DNA of 64,000 nucleotides from Nitrospinota bacterium (lineage in GTDB: Bacteria > Nitrospinota > Nitrospinia > Nitrospinales > VA-1), in NCBI GenBank assembly GCA_028345515.1, contig JAOMDP010000002.1, positions 65,180 through 129,179 on the forward strand, in the 5' to 3' direction. This document shows positions 51,831 to 59,660 of this stretch, piece after piece; positions within the stretch are counted from its first letter, which is position 1; each line of letters begins with the position of its first letter. The notes below the pieces were generated by a model. The model was not told where the DNA came from. It worked only from the letters and a program-made list of their open reading frames with translations, and did not search any database. The position numbers were made by a program, and so were the translations under genes.

Positions 51831-52613
51831 TTACAATTGTCCTTTTTGCAAAATATCTACCATCTCTTGGTGCACCAGCCCATTGCTGACAAGAATTTCC
51901 TGATCATAAATATTGGTCGGAGTACCATCAAATTTACTAGCCTTACCACCCGCCTCTAGAACAATCAGTAGTCCCGCGGCGACATCCCACGGATGAAGCA
52001 TCCGCTCCCAGAACCCTTCAAAGCGGCCCATCGCCGTATAAACTAAGTCCATAGCGGCAGAACCAGGGCGTCTCACGGCCTGGCAGGCTTTCATGAAATT
52101 GCAGAAATGATCAAGGTTATCTTTTTCCGATTTCACCACACGTGGTGCAAAACCTGTAACGAGTAAACTTTTTTTCAGAGTGGAAATAGTTGATACTTGA
52201 ATGGGCTTGCCATTTAGTATTGCGCCCTGTCCTTTTTCGGCTACGAACAATTCATCAAGGCAAGGGTTATAGATGACCCCCACTTTCACTTCACCTTGTT
52301 GCTCCAAAGCAATGGAAACACAATAGCAGGGATAACCATGCGAATAGTTTAACGTTCCATCTAATGGATCAATGATCCACTTGCTAGATGAATCATTGCC
52401 CTCTGAGTCACCTGATTCTTCTGCAAGAATATCGTGGTCGGGAAAAGTTTTTTTTATTCGGGTGATAACCGATTTTTCGGCAAGGTGGTCTACTTCCGTA
52501 ACCGGGTCATGAAATTCCTTGAAAGAAATTTTTCCAATATCGTTGGCACGCTCGCGAAGAATCTTTCCTGCTTGAAGCGCAGCTTCCACTGCGACGATGA
52601 CCTCCTGGCTCAT
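51831..52613 (-). CDS. suhB: Inositol monophosphatase family protein
   Basis: LAEESG, WIIDPLDGTLNY, WDVAAG. Confidence 0.9.
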   Translation of the reverse strand: MSQEVIVAVEAALQAGKILRERANDIGKISFKEFHDPVTEVDHLAEKSVITRIKKTFPDHDILAEESGDSEGNDSSSKWIIDPLDGTLNYSHGYPCYCVSIALEQQGEVKVGVIYNPCLDELFVAEKGQGAILNGKPIQVSTISTLKKSLLVTGFAPRVVKSEKDNLDHFCNFMKACQAVRRPGSAAMDLVYTAMGRFEGFWERMLHPWDVAAGLLIVLEAGGKASKFDGTPTNIYDQEILVSNGLVHQEMVDILQKGQL

Positions 52614-53683
52614 TCAAGCCACCCGCCACCGATAACGCAATCTTCCTGATAAAAAACAGCGGACTGACCAGGAGCTACAGATATTTGAGGCTGATCAAAT
52701 TCCACGCGAACACGAGAGTCCTCCATCTTGGTAATCTTAGCAGGGACACTTTGATGACGATAACGAATTTGCACATCGGCGCGAGTCGACTCCTCCACAT
52801 CCAGAGACCAAGTAACTTGTCCGACGACACAATTTGCTCTTTCCAATTCTTTTTTAGTTCCTACAGTTATGCGGTTATTGACGGGGTCGATATGTGTTAC
52901 GAAATGGGGCTCTTTGAGTCCACCCAAGTTCAAACCTTTGCGTTGGCCAATTGTAAATGCGGGGTAGCCTTGATGTTTACCTAGTACTTCGCCTTTTGAG
53001 TTAACAATTTCCCCCTGCTTAAAGGCATCATCGTTTAATTGCTTGGCAATGAATTTCGGATAATCATTGTCAGGTATAAAGCATATTTCATGAGATTCGG
53101 CTTTATCTGCCACATTTAACCCCAATTGCCGTGCTCGTTCGCGCACTTCATTTTTATCCATATCTCCTAAAGGAAACTCCAAACGAGACAGCTGGTCCTG
53201 CGATAAATTGAAAAGGAAGTAACTCTGGTCTTTCCAGCGGTCACGTCCTCGGCGAACCAAAAACCTACCACTCTTATGTTTCACGATGGAGGCATAATGC
53301 CCAGTCGCTACTCGTTGCACCCCAAATGATTCTGCTTTTTGGATCATTTCATCGAACTTTAATTTTTGGTTACATAAGGTGCAAGGGATTGGAGTTCGAG
53401 CTTGCATATATTCAGAAATGAAATAATCGACCACTTCTTCTTTGAATTTTTTTTCCATGTTGAGAATATAAAAGGGAATACCTACTTTTTCTGCAACACG
53501 GCGCGCATCAGCAAGATCATCCAGCGAACAACATGTTCCAAATCGGTTATCCGACTCGGAATAGTTCCACAACTGCAAAGAGATACCAACAGCTTGGTAG
53601 CCCTTCTCTTTAATAATCGATGCGGCGACCGAGCTGTCAACTCCGCCACTCATTGCAATGACAATTTTATTTGAATCCTTCAT
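52610..53683 (-). CDS. mnmA: tRNA-specific 2-thiouridylase
   Basis: IVIAMSGGVDSSVAA PP-loop, CCS..D, ATGHYA, KDQSYFL. Confidence 0.95.
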   Translation of the reverse strand: MKDSNKIVIAMSGGVDSSVAASIIKEKGYQAVGISLQLWNYSESDNRFGTCCSLDDLADARRVAEKVGIPFYILNMEKKFKEEVVDYFISEYMQARTPIPCTLCNQKLKFDEMIQKAESFGVQRVATGHYASIVKHKSGRFLVRRGRDRWKDQSYFLFNLSQDQLSRLEFPLGDMDKNEVRERARQLGLNVADKAESHEICFIPDNDYPKFIAKQLNDDAFKQGEIVNSKGEVLGKHQGYPAFTIGQRKGLNLGGLKEPHFVTHIDPVNNRITVGTKKELERANCVVGQVTWSLDVEESTRADVQIRYRHQSVPAKITKMEDSRVRVEFDQPQISVAPGQSAVFYQEDCVIGGGWLE

Positions 53684-54243
53684 AATTCCATTTCAAAAAA
53701 TGATAGACAAGTATCACCCAAACGTCTGTCTTTAAAAGACTTCAGTCTACCATAACTTTCTTGTAATTTTGTCTTGTAGAAGTGCTCTACAACAACTGAT
53801 CCATCCCTTTCTAATATATCAGGCAAGAGGATGAGAGAATTCTTGTACAAATTATCTTTAAAAGGTGGGTCGACATAAATTAAGTCGAAGTGAACACCTT
53901 TTTCTTTTAAAACCATTATAAATTCCAAAGCGCCCTGCTTAATTAATTGCCAGCGCTTTATTTGGTCTTCAGATATCATTCGACATTTTTCTAAATTACG
54001 AGTTATCAAAGCATTTGCAGTTGAGTTCTTCTCAACAAAAAATACCTTTTCTGCTCCTCGGCTGAGAGCTTCGATCCCTATTGAACCCGTTCCGGCAAAT
54101 AGATCCAAGAAGGTCCTACCTGAAATATCTTGCCCTACCTGATTGAAAAACGACTCTTTCACCCGATCCAAAGTGGGACGAATATCCGCATCTCCCAAAT
54201 CCACTAAGCGAGTGCCACGGGCACTGCCAGAAATAACTCTCAT
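53680..54243 (-). CDS. rsmD: 16S rRNA (guanine966-N2)-methyltransferase
   Basis: MRVISGSARGTRL, FLDLFAGTGSIGIEALSRGA, IYVDPPF. Confidence 0.9.
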   Translation of the reverse strand: MRVISGSARGTRLVDLGDADIRPTLDRVKESFFNQVGQDISGRTFLDLFAGTGSIGIEALSRGAEKVFFVEKNSTANALITRNLEKCRMISEDQIKRWQLIKQGALEFIMVLKEKGVHFDLIYVDPPFKDNLYKNSLILLPDILERDGSVVVEHFYKTKLQESYGRLKSFKDRRLGDTCLSFFEMEL

Positions 54244-54282
54244 ATAACAAAGCCCCTTATCTTTTAATTAAGGCAAACATTC

Positions 54283-54311
54283 TTGACATGGAAATTTATT
54301 AAAATTAAGAT
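54283..54311 (+). promoter_or_regulatory. Sigma70-like promoter upstream of tRNA-Gln
   Basis: TTGACA (54283-54288), 17-nt spacer, TAAGAT (54306-54311). Ends about 22 nt before the tRNA 5' end. Confidence 0.45.
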
Positions 54312-54333
54312 AAATAATTAATGAAATAAGCAT

Positions 54334-54407
54334 TCGGGTATCGTCTAATGGTAGGACGTTAGATTCTGGTTCTAAAGGTTGGGGTTCGACTCCCTGTACC
54401 CGAGCCA
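54334..54407 (+). tRNA. tRNA-Gln (anticodon CUG), CCA encoded
   Basis: Hand-folded cloverleaf. Acceptor TCGGGTA/TACCCGA with the U1-A72 pair typical of bacterial tRNA-Gln. D stem GTCT/GGAC. Anticodon arm TTAGA-TTCTGGT-TCTAA. T arm TGGGG-TTCGACT-CCCTG. Discriminator G followed by CCA. Confidence 0.9.
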
Positions 54408-54465
54408 ATTCCATTACGCCAAATTTGTTTCGGTTGGCTTCCCCAGTTTTTATTAAGAGGAGAAA

Positions 54466-54930
54466 ATGAATATTTATCGGAATCCATTTATTGTTGCGCT
54501 TTGTGCTCCCCTTTACCAACTGGTCGCTACCATCGCCATTACCAATGATTTTCTGATGGCGGCTATCTTCATCATGTTTACTTTGGGACTCATTGGAGCG
54601 TATGTTAGCGATTTCCCATTGCTGCCAACACTATATATGAATGAGGTAGCACATAAAACCTCCGTTTCTTCATTAATGGGGATGTTATTAGGACTGATGC
54701 TGTTCCTTGCCTTTGGCACAGGAGGTAATGAAGGCGGCGATGGCGGAATGATCTCCGCTGGTGGTAAGTTTATGGCGACCTGGGGAATTTTATGCCTACC
54801 CGCTTATCCACTTATGGTATTTCTAATTGTAGGGTTGAACAAACGTGATCTCGAAGCAGAAAATGTAATTAGAAAACAAAAGAAAAAGAAAAACAGCGGC
54901 CCACCAATCATGAAACGTGATGGGTTTTAA
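54466..54930 (+). CDS. Hypothetical polytopic membrane protein
   Basis: 154 aa. Strong RBS AAGAGGAGA. Four hydrophobic segments, a Gly-rich loop and a Lys-rich tail. Confidence 0.55.
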   Translation: MNIYRNPFIVALCAPLYQLVATIAITNDFLMAAIFIMFTLGLIGAYVSDFPLLPTLYMNEVAHKTSVSSLMGMLLGLMLFLAFGTGGNEGGDGGMISAGGKFMATWGILCLPAYPLMVFLIVGLNKRDLEAENVIRKQKKKKNSGPPIMKRDGF

Positions 54931-55102
54931 GAAACCCGTTCTTAGTTGAAGCTGTACGGTTCGGGACCGCAAAACTTAAATCCCTTCATAAAACCAGCAT
55001 TAGAAAATTTTTTCCCATGCCCTTTTGTCATTTATCTAAAAATTTTCCCTTTAGAGAAAATACGACAAAATTTAAGGCCAACCGTTTTTTGATTCCTTAA
55101 AA

Positions 55103-55249
55103 CTACTCCTTAAGCCCAAAAGCCTTGCCTGAAATCTCTAAATCTTTACTTTTTAATGTTTTAATTTGTTCGTTTGCAAGTTTTAGTTGAGATTCAACAA
55201 TTGCCAAACGCACCTTTAATTGATTATTTTTATCAAATTTAAGCTTCAT
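55103..55249 (-). CDS. Possible small coiled-coil protein (48 aa)
   Basis: Hand-translated ORF MKLKFDKNNQLKVRLAIVESQLKLANEQIKTLKSKDLEISGKAFGLKE. GGAGGA RBS lies 7 nt upstream of the ATG at 55249. Below the track threshold. Confidence 0.4.
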   Translation of the reverse strand: MKLKFDKNNQLKVRLAIVESQLKLANEQIKTLKSKDLEISGKAFGLKE

Positions 55250-55297
55250 ACAATTATCCTCCTAAATTTTTAAATGAATCAATGAATATAGAAAAGC

Positions 55298-55327
55298 TTG
55301 ACATTTTCCAACCTTTTTTATGATAAT
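55298..55327 (+). promoter_or_regulatory. Sigma70-like promoter
   Basis: TTGACA (55298-55303), 18-nt spacer, GATAAT (55322-55327). Confidence 0.55.
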
Positions 55328-55340
55328 GATAATCATTATT
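55322..55340 (+). promoter_or_regulatory. Fur box (ferric uptake regulator operator)
   Basis: GATAATGATAATCATTATT matches 18 of 19 positions of the classical consensus GATAATGATAATCATTATC. It overlaps the -10 hexamer. Confidence 0.75.
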
Positions 55341-55380
55341 AAAATCAAGTATTATTTTACTTAATTAATTAGGAAACAAA

Positions 55381-55521
55381 GTGTTCGAAAAAACATACTT
55401 ACTAATTGTTGGGGTAATCGCAATCGCCAATTTATTTCTGATTATCCTATCTATTTTTTACTCCACCAATCTATTCAATACTTTTTTTGAGAAGTTATTC
55501 GTATTGCAAGGGATCACATAA
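55381..55521 (+). CDS. Possible small membrane peptide (46 aa)
   Basis: GTG start with an AGGAAA RBS 5 nt upstream. One TM helix (LLIVGVIAIANLFLIILSIF). First ORF after the Fur-box promoter. Confidence 0.35.
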   Translation: MFEKTYLLIVGVIAIANLFLIILSIFYSTNLFNTFFEKLFVLQGIT

Positions 55522-55556
55522 GCTCGATGTTTAAGCTTGAAGATTGGAATTAGATT

Positions 55557-55739
55557 ATGACTAATAAAACTCTTTTCATATTGGTCCTGATATTAGGAGC
55601 TTTTTTTTTGGCTTTAAACATCATGATTTTAAATCCAACTAAAAATCAAATTCCAAACCAGATTAAAACAGTCAACCCAAAAATTATTAGTCCAATAGAT
55701 TCCACAGAAACTTTGAAAAATGATGGATCCATTAAATAA
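55557..55739 (+). CDS. Possible small membrane protein (60 aa)
   Basis: ATG ORF. N-terminal TM helix (LFILVLILGAFFLALNIMIL) followed by a Pro/Asn/Ile-rich tail. Confidence 0.4.
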   Translation: MTNKTLFILVLILGAFFLALNIMILNPTKNQIPNQIKTVNPKIISPIDSTETLKNDGSIK

Positions 55740-55761
55740 ATTTTGTCTTGAATGGGAGAAC

Positions 55762-57489
55762 ATGATGATTAAGCAGCTAATACTTATTTTTTTCTGGTTA
55801 GCCTTAATAGCTGGGAATGCTTCGGGGATGCAAATAACCAATTCAAATTTTCAACAAATTTCTCCTAAAACAGGGTTCCTGGTTTTAGCACCAGACCGCG
55901 GTTTTGTAGGAAATAAGGAGACTCTTTCGGTTTTTAAAAATTTTAAAAAAGAATACTTGGCAAAAATTGTTTTTATTGGAAGAAAGTATGACGGATTAGA
56001 TAGTAATTATTCAGGATACATTCAAAAGGCCTTGTCGGGTTTTGATTCACTTTCCGTATCAAAGGTCGTAATTATTCCTCTATTTCTATCAAAATATAAT
56101 CACATTTTAAAGGAAGTAAGAAAACATCTTCCAGCATATAAATTTAAAGATCAGATTCATTGGAACGAAACTATGTCCGAGAGTTATCTAACTGGACAAA
56201 TACTTTTAGATCGTGTGAAAAAAATCAGTAAAAATTCAACCCAAGAAAAGCTTGTGATCCTTGGAAGAGGAGCACTTAATGAAAAGTCAGAGAATTTTAT
56301 GAAAAAAGAACTCGAGGGGTTATCTGATTATATAAAACAAAGAAAGGAATTTAAAAGTATTCAAACAGGTATTTATTACAGTTATAACGCAAAAGAAAAA
56401 CTCAGAGTAACCAAAGACAATGAAGTTGATGAAATGGTTATACATACTGCGGCAAAAAAGGGAAACACCTTGGTAATACCTTTTTTTATAGGTCCAAAAT
56501 ATTCAAATATGATGTCTTTGACTCATTTTTTTGACCGTAGGTTCCGGGACATAGACATTATTCATAATCCAGAAGAGATCTTGCTTCACCCAAATGTCCT
56601 GCTTTGGATGAAAAAAACTGCAAATAAATATATACCTTTAAATAGTCACGAACCCATTGGCATTGTGATAATGCCCCACGGCGCAACGCAACCTTACAAT
56701 GATGCAGTTGAAAAAACTATAGAACCTCTAAGGTCAAAGTATAAAGTTGAAATGGCCTATGGGATGGGTGATGCCGTAACTATTCAAAATGCGGTTTCTA
56801 ATCTTGAGTTTCAGGGTGTGAAAAAAATCGTATTTGTAAGGATGTATCCAACATCTGATCAGCTTAAAGAAAAAACGGATTATATCTTGGGATTGAGCGC
56901 AAAAATACCTGAACAGTGGGATGGATTAACTCCGCCTCAAATTAGAAGCAGCGCTATCATAAATACTTTTGGGGGATACGAGGAAGATAATCTGATTGCA
57001 GGAATATTTTTAGAAAGAATTAAAGAAGTCAGTAAAAAACCAAAAGAAGAAACGATTGTTTTGCTAGCTCACGGAAGTAGTGATGATCAAGCAGAGGTTT
57101 TGCGAAAAAAGAAAATGAAGAATCATATCGATTGGATTCAGAAACAGTTCAATCCTCCTTTTAAAAATATAAAAGGTATGGCTTTGAGAGAGGATTGGCC
57201 AGACAAAAGAGAAAAAGCCTTGAACGAGATTAAAAATATTATAGAGGAAGGAAATAAACGAGGACGGGTTATTGTGATTTCAAACCGTCTTTACGGAAGT
57301 GGCCCTTACAAACATTTCCTTAAAGGATTGAATTTTGAAATGAACTCAAAGGGATTAGCACCACACCCTAATTTAACAAGTTGGTTAGAAAAGGGTATAG
57401 CGTCAGTAATAAAAAATGAATTTTCTAAACAAATTTCAAATCAAAACGTAACTGATTTGAATATAAAGGTTTCGTCCACTATCAGGTAA
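55762..57489 (+). CDS. Secreted protein with four tandem CbiX/SirB-like (class II chelatase fold) modules
   Basis: ATG at 55762 with a GGGAGA RBS. Signal peptide MMIKQLILIFFWLALIAGNASG. Module starts are LVLAPDRGF, LVILGRGALN, VIMPHGATQPYND and VLLAHGSSDD. Module ends are VVIIPLFLSKYNH, LVIPFFIGPKYSN, IVFVRMYPTSDQ and VIVISNRLYGSGPY. Confidence 0.75.
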   Translation: MMIKQLILIFFWLALIAGNASGMQITNSNFQQISPKTGFLVLAPDRGFVGNKETLSVFKNFKKEYLAKIVFIGRKYDGLDSNYSGYIQKALSGFDSLSVSKVVIIPLFLSKYNHILKEVRKHLPAYKFKDQIHWNETMSESYLTGQILLDRVKKISKNSTQEKLVILGRGALNEKSENFMKKELEGLSDYIKQRKEFKSIQTGIYYSYNAKEKLRVTKDNEVDEMVIHTAAKKGNTLVIPFFIGPKYSNMMSLTHFFDRRFRDIDIIHNPEEILLHPNVLLWMKKTANKYIPLNSHEPIGIVIMPHGATQPYNDAVEKTIEPLRSKYKVEMAYGMGDAVTIQNAVSNLEFQGVKKIVFVRMYPTSDQLKEKTDYILGLSAKIPEQWDGLTPPQIRSSAIINTFGGYEEDNLIAGIFLERIKEVSKKPKEETIVLLAHGSSDDQAEVLRKKKMKNHIDWIQKQFNPPFKNIKGMALREDWPDKREKALNEIKNIIEEGNKRGRVIVISNRLYGSGPYKHFLKGLNFEMNSKGLAPHPNLTSWLEKGIASVIKNEFSKQISNQNVTDLNIKVSSTIR

Positions 57490-57547
57490 GCAAAGGATAA
57501 TCGTTAATCTCTTAAAAATAATATTTTAAATTAGAAAGGATAAGTCG

Positions 57548-58234
57548 ATGAAAAAGTTACTTTATTCTTTAATTATTGGCGTGTTTGTTTTGCTGGTGCA
57601 AAATGCTATGGCTCAAATGCCTCCTCCAACGGCACCGCCTGGTACGCCTCCGATGGCAGGCCGCACTGTTGATGAGTGCAAACAAATGAAACCCCGAGGC
57701 GACTACCAGTTAATGAAAGACAAGAAAAGGTGTTTCAGGGATGCTGCAAGAGCATTAGGGGCAGAGGAAATTGCACCAGGGGAATTACAAAGGTGCAAAC
57801 AAATAAAAGCCCGAGGCGATTTCGCCTTGATGAAACAAAAGAAAAATTGCATGAGAGACCTTGCAAGATCTTTGATGGCTGGTCCGGGTATAGCTCCAAC
57901 AGGAGATCCTAACATGCCTCCAACAGGCGTTCCTAACATGCCTCCTCCAACGGCACCGCCTGGTACGCCTCCGATGGCAGGCCGCACTGTTGATGAGTGC
58001 AAACAAATGAAACCCCGAGGCGACTACCAGTTAATGAAAGACAAGAAAAGGTGTTTCAGGGATGCTGCAAGAGCATTAGGGGCAGAGGAAATTGCACCAG
58101 GGGAATTACAAAGGTGCAAACAAATAAAAGCCCGAGGCGATTTCGCCTTGATGAAACAAAAGAAAAATTGCATGAGGGACCTTGCAAGATCTTTGATGGC
58201 TGGTCCGGGTATAGCTCCAGGAACAAATCCGTAA
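57548..58234 (+). CDS. Secreted Pro/Cys-rich tandem-repeat protein with four RGD motifs
   Basis: Signal peptide MKKLLYSLIIGVFVLLVQNAMA. Two identical 94-aa units, each with two C-x17-C sub-repeats (CKQMKPRGDYQLMKDKKRC, CKQIKARGDFALMKQKKNC). AAAGGA RBS. Confidence 0.8.
   Translation: MKKLLYSLIIGVFVLLVQNAMAQMPPPTAPPGTPPMAGRTVDECKQMKPRGDYQLMKDKKRCFRDAARALGAEEIAPGELQRCKQIKARGDFALMKQKKNCMRDLARSLMAGPGIAPTGDPNMPPTGVPNMPPPTAPPGTPPMAGRTVDECKQMKPRGDYQLMKDKKRCFRDAARALGAEEIAPGELQRCKQIKARGDFALMKQKKNCMRDLARSLMAGPGIAPGTNP
57617..58219 (+). repeat. Tandem direct duplication, period 321 bp
   Basis: 57617-57898 and 57938-58219 differ at one position by eye (AGA vs AGG Arg codon, near 57856 and 58177). The 39-bp linker carries a short internal direct repeat of CCTAACATGCCTCC. 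Confidence 0.95.
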
Positions 58235-58397
58235 CGGAACTCCTGGAAATTAATAATTGATTGTATCCAAGCCCACGGGGCTGAGAAAAAGATGATCTTC
58301 TCCGCTTGTCCAAGTTTTTCTATATCCAAAATAGAAAAACTTGGAACAACAGAGCAAGACAGGCTTCTTTCTAATCCCTAAAGGGAGAAGTCTCTGG

Positions 58398-58441
58398 ATC
58401 AGAAGGGGTTGGGTCCCCATTACCAATCCCTTCTGATTTTC
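58398..58441 (+). terminator. Hairpin with short T-tract, possible terminator of the 55.3-58.2 kb transcription unit
   Basis: Perfect 10-bp stem ATCAGAAGGG/CCCTTCTGAT (58398-58407 / 58428-58437), 20-nt loop, followed by TTT. Confidence 0.4.
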
Positions 58442-58682
58442 AAACAAAAGGATTTTACTATGCAAGCCAAATTAAAATAGATATCTGGAAGGTGTCTCCA
58501 AGTCCAACCCCCAAGATAACTCTAATTTCTAACTAGCAGATACCTTAGTTCGAAGCGAAACAGGCTTTCTTTGATAGAAAGCTCTGGGTAAGCGGAAAGG
58601 GGTTGCGCCCTTTTCGCTTATCACGCTTTGCAAACCTTAATTTATTAAAAACAAACTTTTTGAGGATCAATGGAGAAATATT

Positions 58683-59417
58683 ATGAAAAAGTTTTACTTA
58701 ATAGCTGTCATTATAGGAACTATTTTTATAACTATTGTAAGTGGTTGTGCTGTCAAAACTGTCGACACAAAAAACGTAAATCAGGAAATGGAAAGATCAA
58801 AAAAAGCTCCTGTCGTAGGTAAAATTCCTGCTAAAGAAAAAACAATTGAACCTCCAATAAAAAAAATTATTCCAGATAAAAATTTGTCATCTTTTATCGT
58901 GGAAGAAAGCCTGACAAATGAAAATAATATTGATAAATTTTCCGATTCGAATATTGATGATATTAATTTAATGCAAACCGAAAAAGCAACACCATCAAAA
59001 GAGCAGTTTAATCCATTCTTCAATCCAAATTCTAACGACAACGAGAAAAAGGATACTAATACAAAATTTATTCAATCTGAAAAACTAGATGATGTTTATT
59101 TCAGTTTTGATCAATACAACATAGATGAATCGGCAAAAAAGATTCTATCTAAAAACGCAGAGTGGCTTAAATATAACCCCGCCTTAAAGATTCAGTTGGC
59201 AGGTCATTGTGATGAAAGAGGAACCAATAATTATAATATTGCTTTAGGAGATAGACGGGCACTTTATGTAAAGAAGCAGCTCGCATTTTTAGGCATAAGT
59301 GAGAATAGAATGTTTGCAATCAGTTATGGGGAAGAAAAACCAACTTGCTCGGAAGGTGAAGAGAAATGCTGGAGAAAAAATCGTCGTGTTCAATTTTTAA
59401 TAATTTCTGATCAATGA
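58683..59417 (+). CDS. pal: Peptidoglycan-associated OmpA-domain lipoprotein (Pal-like) with long linker
   Basis: Lipobox IVSGC. C-terminal VYFSFDQYNI...LAGHCDERGTNNYNIALGDRRA...ISYGEEKP is the Pal/OmpA_C signature. A 100-aa low-complexity linker is present. Confidence 0.85.
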   Translation: MKKFYLIAVIIGTIFITIVSGCAVKTVDTKNVNQEMERSKKAPVVGKIPAKEKTIEPPIKKIIPDKNLSSFIVEESLTNENNIDKFSDSNIDDINLMQTEKATPSKEQFNPFFNPNSNDNEKKDTNTKFIQSEKLDDVYFSFDQYNIDESAKKILSKNAEWLKYNPALKIQLAGHCDERGTNNYNIALGDRRALYVKKQLAFLGISENRMFAISYGEEKPTCSEGEEKCWRKNRRVQFLIISDQ

Positions 59418-59660
59418 TTTTGGGGGACTCCGGCGAAAAGCTTGTGCCTTCCATAAGACGCAGTACGCCTACTGTTGTCTCCTCCGGATAGCCGGGTGTT
59501 CCCTTTAATATTTAAAGTTCTTTAGATTCAGAATTGCTATATTAATCCACAACTATTATAAAGTTCCAGACACCATTCAATATTATAGGTTCATTTATTC
59601 CAAGAAAACCTTCTCTCCTTGCATAATATTTTTATCCAAAATATAGAAATTTCACTATTT

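Noticed and set aside
54268-54519. 83-aa minus-strand ORF
   Set aside because: It overlaps the well-folding tRNA-Gln and the RBS and start of the 54466 membrane protein, so it is spurious.
57676-58329. Alternative-frame and antisense ORFs (57676-57912, 57997-58260, 57703-58002, 57785-58006, 58024-58329, 58056-58313) that themselves look repeated
   Set aside because: They are duplicated only because they lie inside the 321-bp tandem duplication. The frame with the signal peptide, RBS and conserved Cys pattern (57548-58234) explains the region.
58250-58465. 71-aa minus-strand ORF in the spacer upstream of the Pal-like gene
   Set aside because: It has no RBS and spans two strong hairpins. Its composition is atypical, so the region is better explained as structured non-coding DNA.
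59422-59505. GC-rich 84-nt island just after the Pal-like gene, considered as an SRP (4.5S) RNA or other small ncRNA
   Set aside because: It starts with GGGGG like 4.5S RNA but lacks the conserved GGAA-tetraloop domain IV motif on either strand. Its ends can pair (GGGGGACTCCGGC / GCCGGGTGTTCCC) and are followed by TTTAATATTT. A complex terminator for the convergent Pal-like and SGNH genes is the simpler reading.
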